This document shows positions 37,637-52,280 of a stretch of DNA of 64,000 nt, one piece after another. The notes under the pieces were generated by a model that saw only the letters and a program-made list of their open reading frames with translations, did no database searches and had not been told where the DNA came from. Location of the stretch: NCBI RefSeq assembly GCF_036321535.1, contig NC_087437.1, forward strand, positions 58,592,001 to 58,656,000, read 5' to 3'. Source of the DNA: Camelus dromedarius. Lineage: Eukaryota. Both the position numbers and the translations under genes were made by a program. Numbering within the stretch: position 1 is the first letter of the stretch; every line of letters begins with the position of its first letter.

Positions 37637-39272
37637 GTATTTCAAATTGGTCTTGATTTGTCAGTTCTCAGAACTTTGCCACTTCACATTGTGTGTTCAT
37701 CAATACCAGTTTTTAAGGAACTGCAAAGCGTTCTATCATCCTTTTCTTTCTAATCTGATATTTTTGGGGGCTAGAGAGTTCTCTTCTCATGATAAGACAT
37801 TTCTCAAATTATAATCTCCAAACATTTGTTTATATGATGCCCATAAATTCTTCATGCTTTTAAGAGTCTTATCTTGTGAATCAATTTATTTTTTCTTAAA
37901 TACTCGGTTTATCTTTAGACTTACTTAACTTCTGTAGCTAAAGAGCCAGCATTGTGAGTTGATAGACATTTATATATGACTTAATCTTCATTGCCTTACC
38001 TGTATTTCCACTGAATGAAGCAGTAACTTTCTTTAGTTTTAAAAGAGTTAACAGTTTCTTCTGGAAGTTTCCTTGGTCATTTTAAAGAATTTTTTGAAAA
38101 AATATGCTGGTGTTGTTACCAGCACAGTGGTAATTACCATTATCAGTAAATTAAATCTTACTATTCCTCACTAAACCAACTTGTATGTGCTAAATTAAAT
38201 TGAAGTAATTCTTTTAACTTAAATATCATATAAGTAAACAGAATTTGTGTGTAGCCAAATCATGGCACATGCATTTCATAGCCAAGATCCTAAGATATAT
38301 AGTTCTAGTTTAACTAACATGTATTAGTAGTTTTGACTCTAAATTATGACTGCATAAAACAAACAAGTAGCATGACTTTACTTACAAGTCAACACACGGC
38401 AGTTGAGAAAAGTCATATCCAAGTGTTAATGTATGTTGAGGATTTACCTGAGAAGTTATATTTTCTCTCATAAAATGAAGTGGTAATGAAAATTTGAAAA
38501 GCTATTTGCTTATTTTTGATGCAGTGAAAGGATAACAGTTGCTTTCCTTTTAATTATTTCTAGGTGTTTAGAAATGAAAGGAACTGTAGGCCTTCATTTT
38601 GTTCCTACCTCAGTATTAACACTTACCTTTAATTACTAAATGCTGGATAGTAGCCATTTTTCCAGTCTGTTTATATGTTCGTTCATTCCTCAAATCCTTG
38701 AAGCTTGTTATTTTCCAGGCACCATGTTTGATACCGGTTTTACTGAGAGAACAGCACAGGAGGTCTGCCCCTGATGCTGTCACATTACCAGTGCACACTT
38801 ACTCATTCTTACTGACTTAACAGTAATCTTGGTATTCTTTCTCTGCTTTACCCTTTCTTCTGTCTCTCTTTCTCTCCCTCTCTGACACATACACCAAACA
38901 TTCCTTTCAGTTGGTCACTTGACCAATTTTGGGGCCTTTTTGGGATTAATGGTCTTCCTTTGTTGAGCAGTTAATATTAGCTCTTCAATATTAAACAGTA
39001 ATGTCCTCCTTTACCAATTAATTAGAAGGTTAGGAAAACCTGAATTAATATACTTTCAGTGTACCTTTAAATAAAATAAATTGGATAAGAAGATGTGGAA
39101 TTTTATTCTGTACTGTTTTACATTTACTAGGAGTATTTATTTGCATAACTAGAAAAAAGCAATACAATAATTATGGAAAAACATTTTTAATTTATCAGCT
39201 TTTTCTCTTGATATCTGTAGTTTCTTAAAACTGTCTCACTGTTTTATCATATTAATTTTTTGAATTTTATAG

Positions 39273-39395
<123 letters not shown>

Positions 39396-39908
39396 TAGCA
39401 AAAAAAAACTTTAAAAAAAGTTATGCGTATATATACACACAAAGAGTACATACACATATATACACACATAGACAAAGACAAAAAATTTTCTTTACATAAT
39501 ATTATTCATGTGGTGATGTCTTAAGCATTGAATGTTGTTTGACTATTTTGGACCATTGGTTTACTTATATTTATGCATAATGAAGGAAAGCTATAAGATA
39601 TTTGGCATTATGTATTCTTAATATCCATGATATTATTGAAATACTTGAATGGTGGATTAAATTAACCTCATAGAGTTGAAAATATCATTGTAAAGAGTAA
39701 AGTAGCTATGGAAAAGATTTATGGAACATTAATGTTAATCTGTTTTTAGAACTAGTGGTTTAAATTAGTATAAGTTTTTAATAAACATTTGACTAATAGT
39801 GGATCCAATTATATTTTGCTGTTTATTTTTAATACATGTATCAACCATCATTCTTTTCATGGTTGATATTTTAAAATCATTTAACTGTGGATAATGTTTA
39901 AAGACTAA

Positions 39909-40112
<204 letters not shown>

Positions 40113-40118
40113 TAGGCC

Positions 40119-40238
40119 CTTCGGGTTAGTAGGCTTACCTTGGCGATCATTTTGTAACGTGTTTACATGTCAAATCACTGTTCTGTACATCTGAAACTAA
40201 CGTATTGTTTGTCAACTATACTTAACTAAAAAAAGAAA
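40119..40238 (+). mobile_element. Short LINE-1 3' tail next to the exon 9 donor
   Basis: aaatcactgttctgtacatctgaaactaacgtattgtttgtcaactatacttaactaaaaaaagaaaa; flanked by AGAAGATAGGCC (40107-40118) and AGAATAGGCC (40239-40248). Confidence 0.8.
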
Positions 40239-40419
40239 AGAATAGGCCAAATGAAGTTTCTCAGGAAAGTAATCACTTTCACAAAGTTTGTCTGCTGTGT
40301 TGCAATGAAGAATTTTGACAAAAGAAAGAGCTGATACATGGCATTTGGAATTATTCCTAGTACAGAAATCAGTAGGAGGCATCCCTCAGGCAAGAACAAA
40401 GATCAGGAGTTTTGAACTT

Positions 40420-40900
40420 GCCTGAGGAGTGTTAACAAACAAAGGAGCAGTTGGGATATACAAGTTTGGAGAGAGATTTGGGCCAGAGATAGAAACTGAG
40501 GAGTCGTAATCATTGAATTTGCCAGTGGAGGCAAGTAGCTAGAATACTGGATGTTTTCTTCTGATTGCTTCCACTTCCTCAGGAAAGTGGAAATAGGAAA
40601 CTAGATTTATTGGCTGTTAAGTAAAGAAGGGAGAAGGTATTGAAGGCTAAGGTAAGAAAGACGTCTTTTAAAAAATAGGTACACACACACACCCCATTAA
40701 AGTCTGTGGACATAAATCTAAGGGGGATCTGTGTGTGTGTGTTTGTGTGTGTTTTAGTTCAGCTGATGGGTGAGTGGTGTAGGAGTGCTTGGAGAATTGG
40801 AAAATTGAAATCACCAAGAATGAAGGCCAGAATAGTGGTAGAAAGTGAGACAATGAAGCTGATGCTAAAATCTTCCAGAAATGAAGTCTGTTTATAACTG
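40420..40900 (-). mobile_element. Degraded L2 LINE
   Basis: gcagttgggatatacaagtttggagagaga..., ttttcttctgattgcttcc..., ttgaaatcaccaagaatga. Confidence 0.5.
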
Positions 40901-42515
40901 CAACAGGCAGTGTGATTCATAGAGTGCATTGTCTGGGGTTTGGCTGTGAGTTGAACCATGTTGTGTAAAGCTAGTTTCTTTTTTCATCGCTTGGTGTTCT
41001 GTGAACGTAACATACTTTATAGATCCATTTAACTATCGATAGGCATTTGGAATTTTTCCATTTTGGGGGGAAAAAATGAACCGACTGTATCTTATATGAT
41101 GCTCTGTAATCAACTGTAGAAATAGTGTAAACCTACCTTTTACATTGTTACCAGCATCCTATTGTAGTGGCTGTGGCTGATGGGATATTTTAGGAAGGAA
41201 TCAACTTCGGCAGGCAGGTATCATGGACAGAGTTCCTTGAAACAAGACAAGGGTGGTCTCTTTCCAGTTTGCCATTACTCCTCTAGTATTTACCAGGATT
41301 TCTTAAAGGACTCTAACTCCAGATTTTCTAGACTCTCCTTGAAGAGTGAGATGCCAGAATCTTGACTTAGCATCTTAACCTCTTTAGCAGCTTCTTTCTG
41401 CTTTGTTCCTTAATGTGCAAATGCCTTAAAGGGAAATTGTGTGTAGAATGTAGGGCTCAGTTTTTGGAAGTTCATTTTTGCTATCCATTTTTCTCTGGGA
41501 TCTTGGCACCTTAAATTGTGGCTGCTTGATAATCCTGATACCTGCTTTTGTCCCTCAACCCAAAGAGACTGCTACAAGTTTTGAGCTTCTCTCTCAGGCT
41601 GCCCTGTGCCACAAATCAGCAAATGCCCCGAGGGAAAATAGAGGAAAAAAAGAATATCCCCCTATGTCCTTTGGGGTCTTGGACTCAGTCCAGGTTACCA
41701 TGGTTGCTCCTCTGATGCCTTCAAACAGCTGGCTTTTGTTTGTTATCTTATGTATGCTTAGGTAATCTCAATAGAAAGAACTGTATTTTCAAAGTGAATT
41801 TGAATCATTATAGAGAAGCTTGAAAAGTTACAATTGAAAAGTTAAGGAATGTGAAGTTTAGAAGTTCGCATAAAACCACTGACCATGTAAGTTGTTAGAA
41901 AATTTCTTGCTCAAATATCCCTCCTTGGGTGAAGGCTGCCTTAGTTCCCCTCGGTACTCTGTCTTCTGTGGCACCCTACATTTTGTTACTCTGATGTGTT
42001 ATCTCTGTGTATATTTCTCCCAGCATATGGCGAGGGCTAAACCAGGAACAATCAATTCTTCACGTTTCCCCTGCTACGTCTGCCACAGTTAGCCCTCAAT
42101 AAATCGATGTTGGATAAATGAATTGCCCTTTACCTACCTAAATTTACCTTTGAAGTGAAATGCAAGATTTTCTTTTAGTTTTCAAGTTTGAGATTAATGA
42201 TTTTGTGCTTGATACTGTGTGTCACGTTGACTGGGAAATGAGAGAGGCAGCAGCGTTTTGGGTCATGAAAAATGTAAAGTAGCCAGCAGTCTTGTTGGGA
42301 GATTATAACGCATGTGACAGATGTTTGGACAGTGTGGATACAGAATTCTGTAGTCTCTGCATTGTCATGTTGACAGCCCCTGGAGTGCTCCTGACATGTA
42401 ATATAAAGGGACCTCTGGATTTGTGTGATGCAGTGGTCCAGTCTAGACAAAGTAAATGCAGTGAGAATTCATAGGAGTTGTAAATACAGTCTTCTCAATT
42501 TTCTGTTAATTTCAG

Positions 42516-42596
42516 GTGACTCTGAGTGAAGGCCCTCACCACGTGGCCTTGTTTAAAGATAGTTCTCGGGAGTTTGATCTTACCAAAGAGGAAGAT
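42516..42596 (+). CDS. OPA1: OPA1 exon 10 (81 nt)
   Basis: tttcag|[30 protein letters not shown]; donor GAT|GTAAGT. Confidence 0.97.
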
Positions 42597-42753
42597 GTAA
42601 GTAGAATTCATATGCAGCTTAATATAACCTATATAATATAATTTGCTTTAAATATATAATATAATATAACCTATGTCAGCTCATAAAAGGCAACTAAATG
42701 GAGTATTTGCTAACTGAAGATTTTCTTAGGATTTTGTTGTTTTCCATTGATAG

Positions 42754-42888
<135 letters not shown>

Positions 42889-43153
42889 TAATGACATTGC
42901 TATTGATGTTTAGACTGCAGCTATTCCAAGAAGCTACATTAGTTGTTCTTTTTTTATTCCAAATAACGTATTTTGTGGGTAATTTTCTAGGATAATTACT
43001 CTTAAGATCAGAAATACTTTAACTTTTTTCTGAGTCGCATATCTGAATGGATGAGGTATAGAAGTTTCAGAATTTGTGTCACCAAAAAATTCCTAACAAG
43101 CTTCCTCCCAAAATATTTTTTTGTTTTTTTGGTTTTTTTTACCCTCTGAATAG

Positions 43154-43279
<126 letters not shown>

Positions 43280-43309
43280 TAATGACATTTAAAACCTTTT
43301 TTCTTCAAG

Positions 43310-43409
43310 ACTGTGACATCAGGCATGGCTCCTGACACAAAGGAAACTATTTTCAGTATCAGCAAAGCTTATATGCAGAATCCTAATGCCATCATATTAT
43401 GTATTCAAG
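43310..43409 (+). CDS. OPA1: OPA1 exon 13 (100 nt)
   Basis: cttcaag|[36 protein letters not shown]; donor AAG|GTAAAT; 84-nt upstream intron. Confidence 0.97.
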
Positions 43410-43691
43410 GTAAATTTTATCGAAAGATTTTTAATATCACTCATGTTCTTCCTTATTTAGCAATCCAAGCTTTGCTTTAAATATGCATGTTACATAAACA
43501 TAGAAAATAAATATGTTTTGTCCTGTCCTCTTACTTCTTCATTTTATTAGTGACTAGAATTAAAGTTGGTAATATAGCGATACATTTCACTGTGTAGGCA
43601 TCATAGGAATTTTTATTGGCTAGAATTTCTTTTCATAACTGAAGTAAAATATTAAAAATTTTCTTACTATAACAAGGTTATAGCTTGTTGA

Positions 43692-43934
<243 letters not shown>

Positions 43935-44684
43935 TGACAGGGACTGGTTGGGTTGGTCGGTTTGTTTTTTTAAAAAAAACTTATGATATACAAATTGTAT
44001 GGGATTTTTTTTCTTGGTTCTCATTAAAAGCAAAGTATTGTAAAGTTATAGTAAATTACTTAAGTGCAATTTTGAAGTATAAATGAAATTCCACAATTAT
44101 AATTAGTTTGCTTCAAATACTTAAAACTGCCAATGTTGCTTACTCTAAGGAATTTTATATGCTGAGTCATTAACCTCATTTGCAGTATTTTCTGTTTTAG
44201 TTTAAAAAGCTTAAGTTGATGTTTGTAAATTAGTATAAAACTAGTGACAGTTTAGATTCCTTTTGGATCTTATTTTATTCTTAAAATTTTTAAATTATTC
44301 ATTGTTTTTTTAGAGAAACATTACCTTTCCTAACTGATCAAAGACTGTGTAGCAGATTTTCATAATAGAGAGGCATTGGGGTGGGTATCAGGGCTCGGCA
44401 TTCTTATCCATGCTCTACTAGCAACTGGCTACATGTCCTTGGGCAAATCGTGTTACTTTTCTGCATCCAGGCGATGCAGAACCCAACCTATTAGTCTAGT
44501 TGATCTCTAGGGTCATTTTCATTTGTGAGATTCTCTGACTTCTATACATGGTGTTCAGTGTCCTTTTCTCTCCTCTTCCCTTAACAAGGAAAGAGTTCTA
44601 TTTCAAGGTAACATTGTATTGTTAGTTTTATTAGAGTAAAAGTCTTGTCTTAGGGCATGCTCTCTACTTAATTGTAAAGGCATA

Positions 44685-44945
44685 GGGTAGTGGGCCAGAG
44701 TGCGCAGTCTATAGCCAGATTGCTTGGCTTCCATTCTGCTCTACTCTTTGCTAGCTGTGTAACTTTGAGTAAGTTATTTAACTTTTTCAGTGCTTTAGGC
44801 TTCATCTGTTGGAAATGAAGATATGAATGGTAGTGCTTCATAGGTTATGGAGGTTTATTGAGCTTAATATTTGTTGTAAAGTGGTTGAAACAGTGCTTGG
44901 CACAACAGTGTTATGTAAATGTTGCTGTCATCTCTTGTTATTATG
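44685..44945 (+). mobile_element. Near full-length MIR SINE
   Basis: agccagattgcttggcttcc...ctagctgtgtaactttgagtaagttatttaac...ttcatctgt...aacagtgcttggcaca. Confidence 0.8.
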
Positions 44946-45056
44946 ATATCTTTGTCCCCCATAGAATAACAACTTCAGGTGTGTAAGTGCCCATCCCTTG
45001 TGCTACTGCTTAGAATTTCTCTTTTTCCCATCTGAAGCTTTGTGGGACTATGCCTC

Positions 45057-45573
45057 TGTAGTAACTGGTTTCCAAGACAGACTACCCCTTGGTTTACTGA
45101 TTCTCTCGAAGGACTCATAGGACTCATAGGACTCAGCACATAGTTACACGTGCACCTAAGGTTTGATTACAATGATAGGATATAAAACAAAATCACAAAA
45201 GAAAAAGGCGCAAGAGATGATATCTGAAGGAAACCAGGCCCAAGTTTCCAAGAGTCCTTTCCCAGTAGAGCCACGCAGGAAATGTTTAATCCCTCCAGCA
45301 ACAAGTTACCCGTTAGAGACTCGGCACCTAAGGTTTTCCTTGGGGGCTGGTCACGTGGGCACCCTCAAGTACCAAAATTCCAGACGCCCAGAGGAAAGCA
45401 GATGTTCAACATAAACCACACTTATTGCACAATGAGCCACTGTTATTTAGGGAAAGTTCTATATCAATGTAGGGAATTGTTTACCAGTTATGTTCCCAGT
45501 TGCCAGCCGAGGACAAGCAGGCCTTTCTGAGGACAGCAGTCTCAGGTCTGCTATGTCAGCTTTTTTCTGCACA
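45057..45573. mobile_element. Solo MER21-like LTR
   Basis: TG...CA termini with TSD gcctc/gcctt; aggactcataggactcagcacatagtt, gggggctggtcacgtgggcacc, cagcagtctcaggtctgctatgt motifs. Confidence 0.8.
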
Positions 45574-46499
45574 GCCTTGTGACCTTAGCTTTGCCTGATT
45601 TTTAAGGGTAAGACCTGCCGTTGCAGCATTGGTCCTGATACAGAGAAGGGGAGAGGTGAGGGAGAAGCACGTTTCTGTGCCTCCTCATCTCTTGTCATTC
45701 CTTTCATTTTTTTTTTTTCTCCTCTTCTCTGGGATAGTAAGTTTGAATTTCCTTTGAATACAGTTGAAGCTTATATCAGTCTTTTTTTATACCAAAGATT
45801 CAGCAGTAGCTTAGGGATGTATCTTATCTCAGAGGAGGGATTCTTACCTCAGTATTGATCTGAGTGGACTTTGGGGGGTAGGAACTCTTTTATATTGTGT
45901 GTAAATGATCTCTGTGCACATGGGCAATTTTATGGAGACAGAGTCTGCAGTTTTTATTACAGTTAGAAAAGGATTTTTAACCCTAAAAGAGTTGAGAACC
46001 AATAGATCCTTTTTTTTTTTTTAAAGAGAGAGTTTAAAACATCCAACTTTGTTAGAATTTAGATATTTGGAGAAGAGTATGGGGAAAGAATAACAAGGAC
46101 CATTTATTGAGTGCTTGTGGCACTATGTTAAGTCTCATATTATCTTATCATCTTTTCAACTACCATTTTGAAAAAGTTAAGTAACTTACTTAAGGCCACA
46201 TACCTAGTAAGTAGCAGAGCAGAAGTTCAAACTAAGGCCTGACACTGTATATCATTCCAAGTTCTAATTTTGGTACTTATGTTTTCATATGACATTTTTA
46301 ATATAAGAAAATTAAATGTATTTAATTCTTTCCTCAAATAGCAATTGAAATACATTTCAATACTTTTGTACATCCTTATATCTTTAACTAAACATATACA
46401 TGTTCAGCACCATTAAATTTGCTTTCTAAATAGTATATTATGCTTTAAAAATTATGTAAACCTACATCTCACATTTATTTTTCCCACTTTTAAAAATAG

Positions 46500-46610
<111 letters not shown>

Positions 46611-46620
46611 TAAATAGTAA

Positions 46621-46737
<117 letters not shown>

Positions 46738-47321
46738 TAGGTATTTTGTTTCGATATTTAAAGAATTTATGGTGAGTGAGTAGCTTAAACTGTTTTCATT
46801 TAAAAGTTTGTTTTATAGCTGTTAGCTTAACATGAATTTCCATAATTTCTCCCAAATAGTGATCTGTATCTAATAAGCAAGTCCTTAAGCTGCTGAATTG
46901 GGAGCAGTTTGTCACAGTACAAAACGTGCTGACAGGATAGGCTGGCCCTTAGCATGTGGGCCCTGAAAGACAGCACAGAGCCCCCCCCCCCAAAGGTCAC
47001 TATAAAGTGATTTTTTTAATCGCTTATATTTTTAAATACACATATATATTTCTTTTACAGTATTGGGGGAAGTTGGAGTTGGGGATGTCAAAGGGATGTT
47101 CTTAAATAGGTATTGACAGAAAATAACAGGAAATGAGATACTGACAGAAAAGCAAAAAGGAAAGGCTAAAGGGCAACTGAATTTTAAAACGTTATGACAT
47201 GTAGAGAGTCTTTTGAACTGGAAAAGTGTGTTTGCCTCTGTGTTAGTATAGTAAATCAGGGTAGTCCTCTTACACAGTCTTGAGTATTGTCTGTTGGGGT
47301 GGGAGCTGGCAAGTGTGTAGA

Positions 47322-47530
47322 ACTGTGCTGTCCGATACAGTGGTCACTAGCCTTGTGTGGTTGTTTAACTTTAAATTAGTTAACATTAAATAAAATTAAA
47401 ACCAGCTCCTCAGTTACACTAGCCACACATTTCAAGGGCTCAATATCCCCATGTGGCTAGTGGCTACCATATTGGACAGCACAGATACAGAATACTTTCT
47501 TCATCACAGAAGGTTTATTGGCCATCCCTA
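47322..47530. mobile_element. MER3 (hAT-Charlie)
   Basis: tgtgctgtccgatacagtggtcactagcc...catgtggctagtggctaccatattggacagcacag internal inverted repeat. Confidence 0.8.
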
Positions 47531-47541
47531 GTATAACGTGA

Positions 47542-47793
<252 letters not shown>

Positions 47794-48239
47794 TAGATAT
47801 TTTATTAGCTGATAATCTTAGGCATCCATCAGATTCTTTACTCTCTTTAACAGTTGCTTTTTAGTTTATTTACAGTAAGACAGTATGTGGGAAATGGAAA
47901 AATATGATTTTCAGTTGTACAGGAGCAGGATTTTCCCTTCCAGAAGAGACATTGCTAGGAGCACATTACGAAGTTTGCAGTAGAGTTTAGGAGAAAGAGC
48001 CTAGTAAACTGTGGAGAACTCAGGGTCCCCCTTTTGAGAGGGAAGAGAGGAAATGTGTTGGGAAGCAGAGCAGCTAATGTGCTTCAGCTCCATTGTACTA
48101 GTTCCTGAATCCCACACTTTCCTGTCCCAAGGCTTTGCTTGCTTCCATAGTTTCATTTGATGAGAGTATACCTTCCTTCCCTTTTCTCATCAGGAAATTC
48201 TACCCTTTTATCCCATTGAGTCCCTCACCAACCTTGTAA

Positions 48240-48385
48240 ATATAATTCCCATTTTACAGAAGAACAAACTGAGGCACAGAATAACTTACCTAAGTAACAT
48301 ACCCAGCATCAAACAGTAATAGATAATAGACCCAGGATTTGAATCTTGGTGATGTGACTTCAGAGTCCACGTTCTTAGCAACTGT
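48240..48385 (-). mobile_element. MIR SINE
   Basis: cccattttacagaagaacaaactgaggcacaga...ccaggatttgaatc...tgacttcagagtcc. Confidence 0.75.
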
Positions 48386-48625
48386 CCAAATTGCTTCAGC
48401 TATGTGCTTTGTGGCTTGAAAATGGAGAGACTAAAGTCAAGGAGATTAGTCTGGAAAACTGTTGCAGTAATGCGATTCAGATATTAAGAGCCCAGGGTAC
48501 TCAGGAACTTACAGGGTCACACTCAGAAATTGAGTCAATACAGAAGATTTGTGAGGTAGTCTTTAACTACTGCATCTGGAATGGAAGAGAATCCCCAAAC
48601 TTGAGCATCTTTCCTTCTTCCTCAG

Positions 48626-48690
48626 CAACACGTTTTAACCTTGAAACGGAGTGGAAGAATAACTATCCTCGCCTGCGAGAACTTGACCGG
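48626..48690 (+). CDS. OPA1: OPA1 exon 18 (65 nt)
   Basis: cctcag|[24 protein letters not shown]; donor CGG|GTAATC. Confidence 0.97.
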
Positions 48691-49465
48691 GTAATCTTTG
48701 TGTACCTTGTGTATTTTGTATATACCTAGTTTAATATTGTGCTGTAACAAAATTTATGTAAAGCAAAATCTGGTAATCGAAATTGTTTTGGTTTTGACCA
48801 CGATTACTGATTCAGGACAGCAAGGTTGCATTTCCAGGAGCAGTTGTCACTTCTACAATAATTTAAATTATTTGTTACATAATAATAAAAGAATTAGGAA
48901 TCATAGGCTGTCAAAACAAGTGTTTAAAAATGTTCTCTGAGAAGGTGAAGAATATTCTTTAAGAGTTTTATCACATTAACATATTTAATGTAAACTTTTA
49001 AAAATTGTGCAACATCTTTTTTACCTTCTCTCTGTTTCCTATGGAGAAATATACTCTGTTAGTGGGACTTATGTATTGGTTTTCCTTGATCTTAAAATGC
49101 CATCAATTGTAAAACACAACATCAACTTACTATTACTAATACAGTAAATTAATATGTATTGATAACTTTATCACATAACATTTGTCATGTGAAAAACTTA
49201 ACTGAACAAATGTTACGTGAAAAACTGTATTCAGAATTAGCTGAATAAGATAGATGTTTGTGTCAGTTTCTTTGTCTTAACCTGAATATTGACATTCCTA
49301 AAAAAGAGACTGGAAGAGAGGAGCGTTACTTGCTGGTCACGCATGCTTCAAACCTAAGCCCAGCCAGAATCCTGTCAGAGGCCTTCCTTTTAGTTAATGT
49401 CTGAAAAACATGGCGCGGCAAATTGACTAACTTATGAGAATCTTACATGTATCTGTATTGCCTAG

Positions 49466-49542
49466 AATGAACTATTTGAAAAAGCTAAAAATGAAATCCT
49501 CGATGAAGTTATCAGTCTGAGCCAGGTTACACCAAAACATTG
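49466..49542 (+). CDS. OPA1: OPA1 exon 19 (77 nt)
   Basis: gcctag|AAT; NELFEKAKNEILDEVISLSQVTPKHW; donor TG|GTGAGT. Confidence 0.97.
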
Positions 49543-51829
49543 GTGAGTATTTGACCTTTTCTCAAAGACTTTACTATATAAATTATAATGGAATACTAAA
49601 ATTTAGATCAATAAAGCAGTGATTTATTGTAGCCTTCACTTATCCCCCCAAACACTTAGTAAACAGGCAAGAGCAGAGAAGTATGTCTTCCTGTGAAATC
49701 TAATCAGTAACCAATCAAATATTTTAACTGTAATAAATTTTGCACTTATTAAATATCTCTGAGAAGAGACATTCTGAAAGATAGCATTCTCCATGCTCTT
49801 TTTAAGTCTTGATTTGTCTTAGGCTTTTCTTTACTTTATACTTAATAAATACATAATTTTTATTTCTGTAAAATCATTTAGGTAAAAGTTTTATCAAATT
49901 GTGATTTAGATAAATATCAGTCTGTCAAAAGTGGTTGCTCTAGTTGAATTACACATAGAGAACAAATCTACAGTGAAAATTGATTTGTTAAAGAGAAGAC
50001 CGTATTGTTTTCAAATTCTCATATCTGCATAAGAACACTGGTGCTTTTGGTAAGATCTGCCTGATATGTTTTGTACAGATTACATTTGAAATTGAATTCT
50101 ATTTAAGATTTTTTTTAAATAGCAAGTAAATGCATCCTTTTGAAAAATACTCATGCAAAAATTGCTTTTAAGGCAAGCTATCACCTTCCACCTGTTTTAT
50201 GTAAATATTGGCATTCCTTAATTTGTTGGAATAGCACAGTAACCAAAATAGGTTCCATGTACCTCAAGCATGCTATATATAAATAGCACTGCAAGTTTTA
50301 TAATCATATTTTAATTATCAAATTCCTTGTACATAAAATGTCTAATGAAATATGTAATATTTTAAGAATTTATTTTTCTTAAAGCAGAACTATCCTTATT
50401 ACCATTCACTATAAATATTTTCTGTAACTCTTCTGTTTGCTCAGTTGAAGGTTATCAAAATTGACTGGAGACAGTAGTGTCCTGTCCTTAGATTTCTGTT
50501 GAGTGTCACTAGTTTCCTTAACTTTTCCTCAGTGGTGAACCCTTTTCTCTCTTCAAGTGGTTAAAATTTTCCTGTTCTAATCTCTTCTCCTTATCCAAAA
50601 GGAATTCTGGTCTTACCTGTATTTGTTGATTGACTAATCATATATACACATACACAAAGCAACTTGTTATCTTTGTTATTATTTGTATTTTAAGCTAGTT
50701 CTGTGGTTTTCTGAAAATCAACCAGCATTTGAAGTCTGCAAGAGATGTATATATATGTTGTGTGTGTGTATGTATATGTACACACACACACACACAGAAT
50801 GAATGTAATACTACTTACTAGGTTGTATAAGGATAATGTACAGAAAAAGTGATTTGTAAACTGTAACAATAATGCTCTTTATGGGAGAATTTGGCATTAT
50901 CAGGTGGAAATGGTTAGTTTTCTTTGGACAGAGCAAGTCTGAAGTCAAAGTATGCATACACTCAAGTGAGCCTTAAAGATAAATTTAATTTACCTAACAC
51001 ATGGATGACTGAAGGGAACTGTGAGGGGTTAAGAAACCTATGTTACCAGATTGGCTATTGAAAAGGCAAGGGAAGAGAACTAGGATGTCTGGCTGCCAGA
51101 GATTTATTCTTTAAGCTGCTGGATCTTTTCATCACTTTCCTACCCGCCCCCCAACGCCCCACTTTTTTTTTTTTCCTCCCAGACTCTATCACTTAACACA
51201 TAGATCAAAATAGCAGGTCCTAATTTTAGCTGTTTGAGCCACATTGATTTCAACTGCATTGTATCCAAAATGTTTTATTTTTATGACATAGTTGATGTCT
51301 TATGTAGTATCTTTTTGCTGCATAATGCCTTATGTGACATTTTAGGATGCATGCCTAAGATGTTTATAATTATTTAAGTGACAGGACTGTTTGATCTGTA
51401 GTTGGTGATATGAAAACAGTGTTACAGGCATTTTGTCATTCTACAATACTTCAGTTATATTTTTAGAAGGTTATGGGAGGTTTAGATTTGACATATGCTT
51501 CATTATAGTGAGAAATAGGCTCAACATTTTCACACAATACACTTGCTCATTAGGAGTTGATTGTGGACACTAAGCAGGAGATAATGATACATCATTAACA
51601 CTATGTGACCACCATTATAGTCAGATCTTTTTTTCCATGTCATTTAGAAGGATAGCTGGCTGGACTTGTAGAAATACACTTTAAAAAAATAATATTGTGC
51701 TATGCATACAATTTTTGATAAAGTATTAAGTTTATTTTGTTGAAGTTAGAAGAATGAAAGGAAAATAGGAATGCACAGTTAAGTGCCCTCAGATTTCTTA
51801 TATCATAATCTGAGATTTAAAGAGTGAAT

Positions 51830-52280
51830 AGGTGCTGGGTAAAAGGCAGTGACCAGAATATTGCAGAGACCAAGAAAGGTGGCACAGGTAACTGAATAGT
51901 TACCTATGGCTTCAGCATAGAAGGAGGCAAGAGGAGGGGATGAAATAGTGGATATAAACCAGGAATAGATGATTAAGGGCTTTACAAGTCATGTTCAGAA
52001 GCTTGGGATTTATCCCATGAGCAGTAAGGGTCAATGAAGAGTTTTAAGTCACATTTGCATTTCAGAAGGATCTTTGTAGTAAGGAAAGTGGAATACAGGC
52101 GGGGAAAACTGAGCAAGGAGACAGCTGGCTGTTGAAATAATCAAGATGAGAAGCAATGGTGGTTTGAACTTGAACTGTGGTTGTGCAGATGGAGAAGGGG
52201 AGACAGTTTTGAGATATTTGAGAGGTTACCTAGAGGATAGAATTGACAGGATTTAGTGATTGGCAGGTAATGTAGAAGAG
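51830..52280 (-). mobile_element. Degraded L2 LINE
   Basis: agggctttacaagtcatgt...gggatttatcc...gagttttaag...atagaattgacaggatttagtgattgg. Confidence 0.55.

Noticed and set aside
45110..45137. Short tandem repeat (AGGACTCAT)x3
   Set aside because: Internal microduplication within the MER21-like LTR; not CRISPR-like or regulatory on present evidence.
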